Assembly (NCBI GenBank): GCA_973895155.1
Contig: OZ316895.1
Location: forward strand, 7,924,184 to 7,988,183
Origin: Marsupella aquatica
Taxonomy: Eukaryota; Plantae; Marchantiophyta
Direction of reading: 5' to 3'
DNA length: 64,000 nucleotides
The notes below the pieces were generated by a model. The model worked only from the letters and a program-made list of their open reading frames with translations, searched no databases and was not told the DNA's origin. Made by a program: the position numbers and the translations under genes. How positions within the stretch are numbered: position 1 is the stretch's first letter; each line of letters begins with the position of its first letter. Shown here in pieces: positions 61,401 to 64,000 of this stretch.

Positions 61401-63959
61401 ACATGCATGACTTCAGACGCAGAAGCCAAATTGCAAATTGGGTCATAATTGCATAGCAAAATCTAGATGAGAACAAATAATTCTCATGTTCTGAGGTCTG
61501 GTTCAGGAGAGGGACATAAAATGGAACGCATGATACGGTCCAAACGGTTTGAAATAGAGTATGCCATCTTAGTTACCAGCAACCCTGGCGTTCGTATTAA
61601 CTCCCAAACACCACAAGTTCATGAACAAATTTTCCCAAACAAGATAACTACTTTAATTACATTTGATGTTGTATTATTAGTAACACAATATAATACATCA
61701 GTGAAGGTTGATCTGCCTACTATTCAAAAGTTCAACAAGTTGACATTGATAGCCGTGACCCTCGGATCTGTGTAGACCTTTCGGAAAGCAAACTGTATAT
61801 CCAATCGCATAATTAGGGCGTGCACTTCGACAAACCTGTGGAAAGGAAAGTCGGACATCTTCAAGAAAATCCCTAGCCTGGCGTCCTTCACTTTGACTTT
61901 CTTTTATCACAGCATCAGCAAACTCGCTTTCTCCTGATAAAGAATCTAAGCGTGAGAAGTGCTGCAAAAATGCTTGAATGGATTTCTTTCGTATAGCAAT
62001 TAGAACCCTAAGCGCATTAGACATGTGGCTACGCAAGAAGGCCTGTGCGTCATGAGAGACAGCTCAAAAAATGCTGCATTGCAATGACATAGCACACATC
62101 AAAAAATCCAAAAATCCTTTACAACACCTCGTCACCCGAAACCAATAACCTGAATATAATTGTCAAGAGATCCACTGCTGTTCAGATTGGTTTAAGAATG
62201 CTGGCACTGGGTAGATTGAAAAATCTATGCACGTGAACCATTTACACATCAATGTAATGAGAAATGTTCGATGGAATTCCCAATTGTACCAATAAATTCT
62301 CGAAGTTGAGATTGTGCCTGTCGATGAGCTCGGAGAAACGCTGCAGCAATATAGCAACCAAGCTCCAATCGTCCTACTATCCAGTATGTCAGAATACGTT
62401 GCGGCAATAGGGTCGAACTTCTCCATTTCAGATACCGAGGAAAGCGGACATGTGGTTTAAGTCCCGTCCAGTCTTGCATTGGCAAGTCTCGAGCAACCTG
62501 CCGATCCAATTTGTTTACCATGCCTGACAATAAGTATAAAGAGCAACTTTCTGATGCGGATACGATGTTTCTAATTACTAATGTGCCATTTCACCCACAA
62601 TACCACCAGAGGTAACTTGCTTGATATACAGGTCCTCATTAACACCTACACTGTCCAGAGCTTCATCCACCGATCCCATTAGTAAGATTGCTGCTGTTCG
62701 TGTGATACGTCCCTCCCCCAACATCGCCCAGTACGCTGCTTGCACTCCTGTGAATAGAGGCACGGGCGTGTCACAATGCTGTGTTTCAACGTGAAAGTCA
62801 ATTTCATCTACAACGGAATGATCAGTCTGCTGATGCATACATCATCTTGCATCCATGCTTCCCTCAAAGTCTGAAACGCAATATTCTGTCTGAGCTCTAA
62901 CTGCAGCGGAACATTGAAATTAGTAAGAACTAGTATAAGTACTTCAGCAAGATGGTATGCACCATTACCATTCAAAAATCGGACCCGGGTGTCTTGGAAA
63001 GCAAGCCTCCGTGCTGTCTCCCCTGTTGCACTAGCTTGATGAGGATGCGTACGAGCTCCACCAGAGGTCATTTCACCCAAGGAAGTGATATACTTGCGCA
63101 CCGTCGTCCAGTCCGCCGGACCCAAATCTTCATCTTCTCCTAACTCTCCAAATGATTCCAAAGCTTTGTCGTACATTTCATGCCGCACGTAATTTAATAT
63201 ATGCATCTGCAAAAATTGAGAAAAATGTTGATTATTACAACAAATTCATGAGGGAAAGCAACCCCTCGTCTAAGCACACCTACCTCGAACTGTGAATAGT
63301 TCTTGATATAATTCATCCATACTGTAAGCTCAAGAAGAGAAAGAAAATTTGAAAACGATTGATAAGAACCCAAAGTTCTTGCTTCAGTCAACAAATATAC
63401 TCTCAGACCTCACTCATTTGCATCCAAAAAATCACAATTGTAAACACTAAAAACCCTATCGTACACAACAAGATAAGTGACTCAGGGAGATGCAAACTGA
63501 AAAGTTAAGCAGGACAGTGAATCGACCTTCAAGTCATTCGTGTGCTCCATACGCAGAAGTTGCAACAAGAATTGCGTTGTGGTTCCATTGATAATTAAAG
63601 TTAGTAACACAACTCCACCTGTGAAGAATACAAACTGTTGCAATACAGCTGGAGGTCAACATGTACTCCTACTATGCTTGCACAAATTTGCATTGCTGGA
63701 AAGAAATACAACTCATTAGATAGGAAGTCTAGCCTCCATCCAACGACGGTATGAGAGGCCGTTTTGTATCCATTTCTTTACTACATACAGGTCTACCGAA
63801 CCACGTTGACAGAAAACATCAGATTTTCTCACATTCTATAGCACATCACGAAGCAAAAATCAGGAGTAAATGGCAACCATGCAGATGGGAGGAAAGTACC
63901 CGCGCTGTTGTCTGCTTTGAGATTAAAGTATATCCTTTTGATTCAATTTCCCCCACTTT
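58465..63959 (-). CDS. SOS1: SOS1/NHX7-like plasma-membrane Na+/H+ antiporter, 3' part (gene continues beyond the window end)
   Basis: Exons on minus: 63959-63900, 63634-63527 (FVFFTGGVVLLTLIINGTTTQF), 63206-62969 (ELGEDEDLGPADW..RVRFLNG), 62747-~62650 (VQAAYWAML..SVDEALD), ~62497-62290 (DWTGLKPHV..AAFLRAH), 61933-61836, 61389-61258, 61010-60792, 60613-60407 (cNMP-binding-like HGSTLGLYE), 60051-59805, 59320-59016 (SARAMELSLYGS) and 58812-58465 (EEEHIVEIASPS). All have GT..AG boundaries; the junction near 62.5-62.65 kb is uncertain. Confidence 0.95.
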
Positions 63960-64000
63960 CTGCAGAGCACAAAAGGTAGATTCAGAAACAGGCCAGCAGT

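Noticed and set aside
2-63959. EXO array plus SOS1 as a functional stress gene cluster
   Set aside because: Adjacency alone is not evidence in a plant genome, and I found no shared regulatory motif in the sequence.

Overview
Eukaryotic nuclear DNA from a land plant, most likely a liverwort (inferred from a plastid rpoA fragment that closely resembles liverwort RpoA as I recall it, and from intron/exon style). No prokaryotic system is evident. Main content: (1) an array of five EXORDIUM/PHI-1-like secreted-protein paralogs over about 50 kb, three on + then two on -, of which two carry single introns at different positions; (2) a full-length Ty1/copia retrotransposon with identical 296-bp LTRs, a CTGGA target-site duplication (TSD), a tRNA-iMet primer-binding site (PBS) and an intact polyprotein with an HVDD RT motif and an extra RNase H loop; (3) an older decayed copia interrupted by two 8-bp-TSD MITEs, plus a solo LTR of its family 41 kb away in opposite orientation; (4) a CACT-terminated TIR element, probable Helitron remnants and many 28-58 bp tandem duplications; (5) a nuclear plastid DNA (NUPT) fragment of rpoA between 11-bp direct repeats; (6) a 91-aa two-exon conserved membrane-protein gene missed by the ORF track, an intronless predicted plastid-protein gene, and the 3' part of a multi-exon SOS1/NHX7 Na+/H+ antiporter gene. 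All coordinates were read by eye; family assignments come from motif recognition, not database searches.
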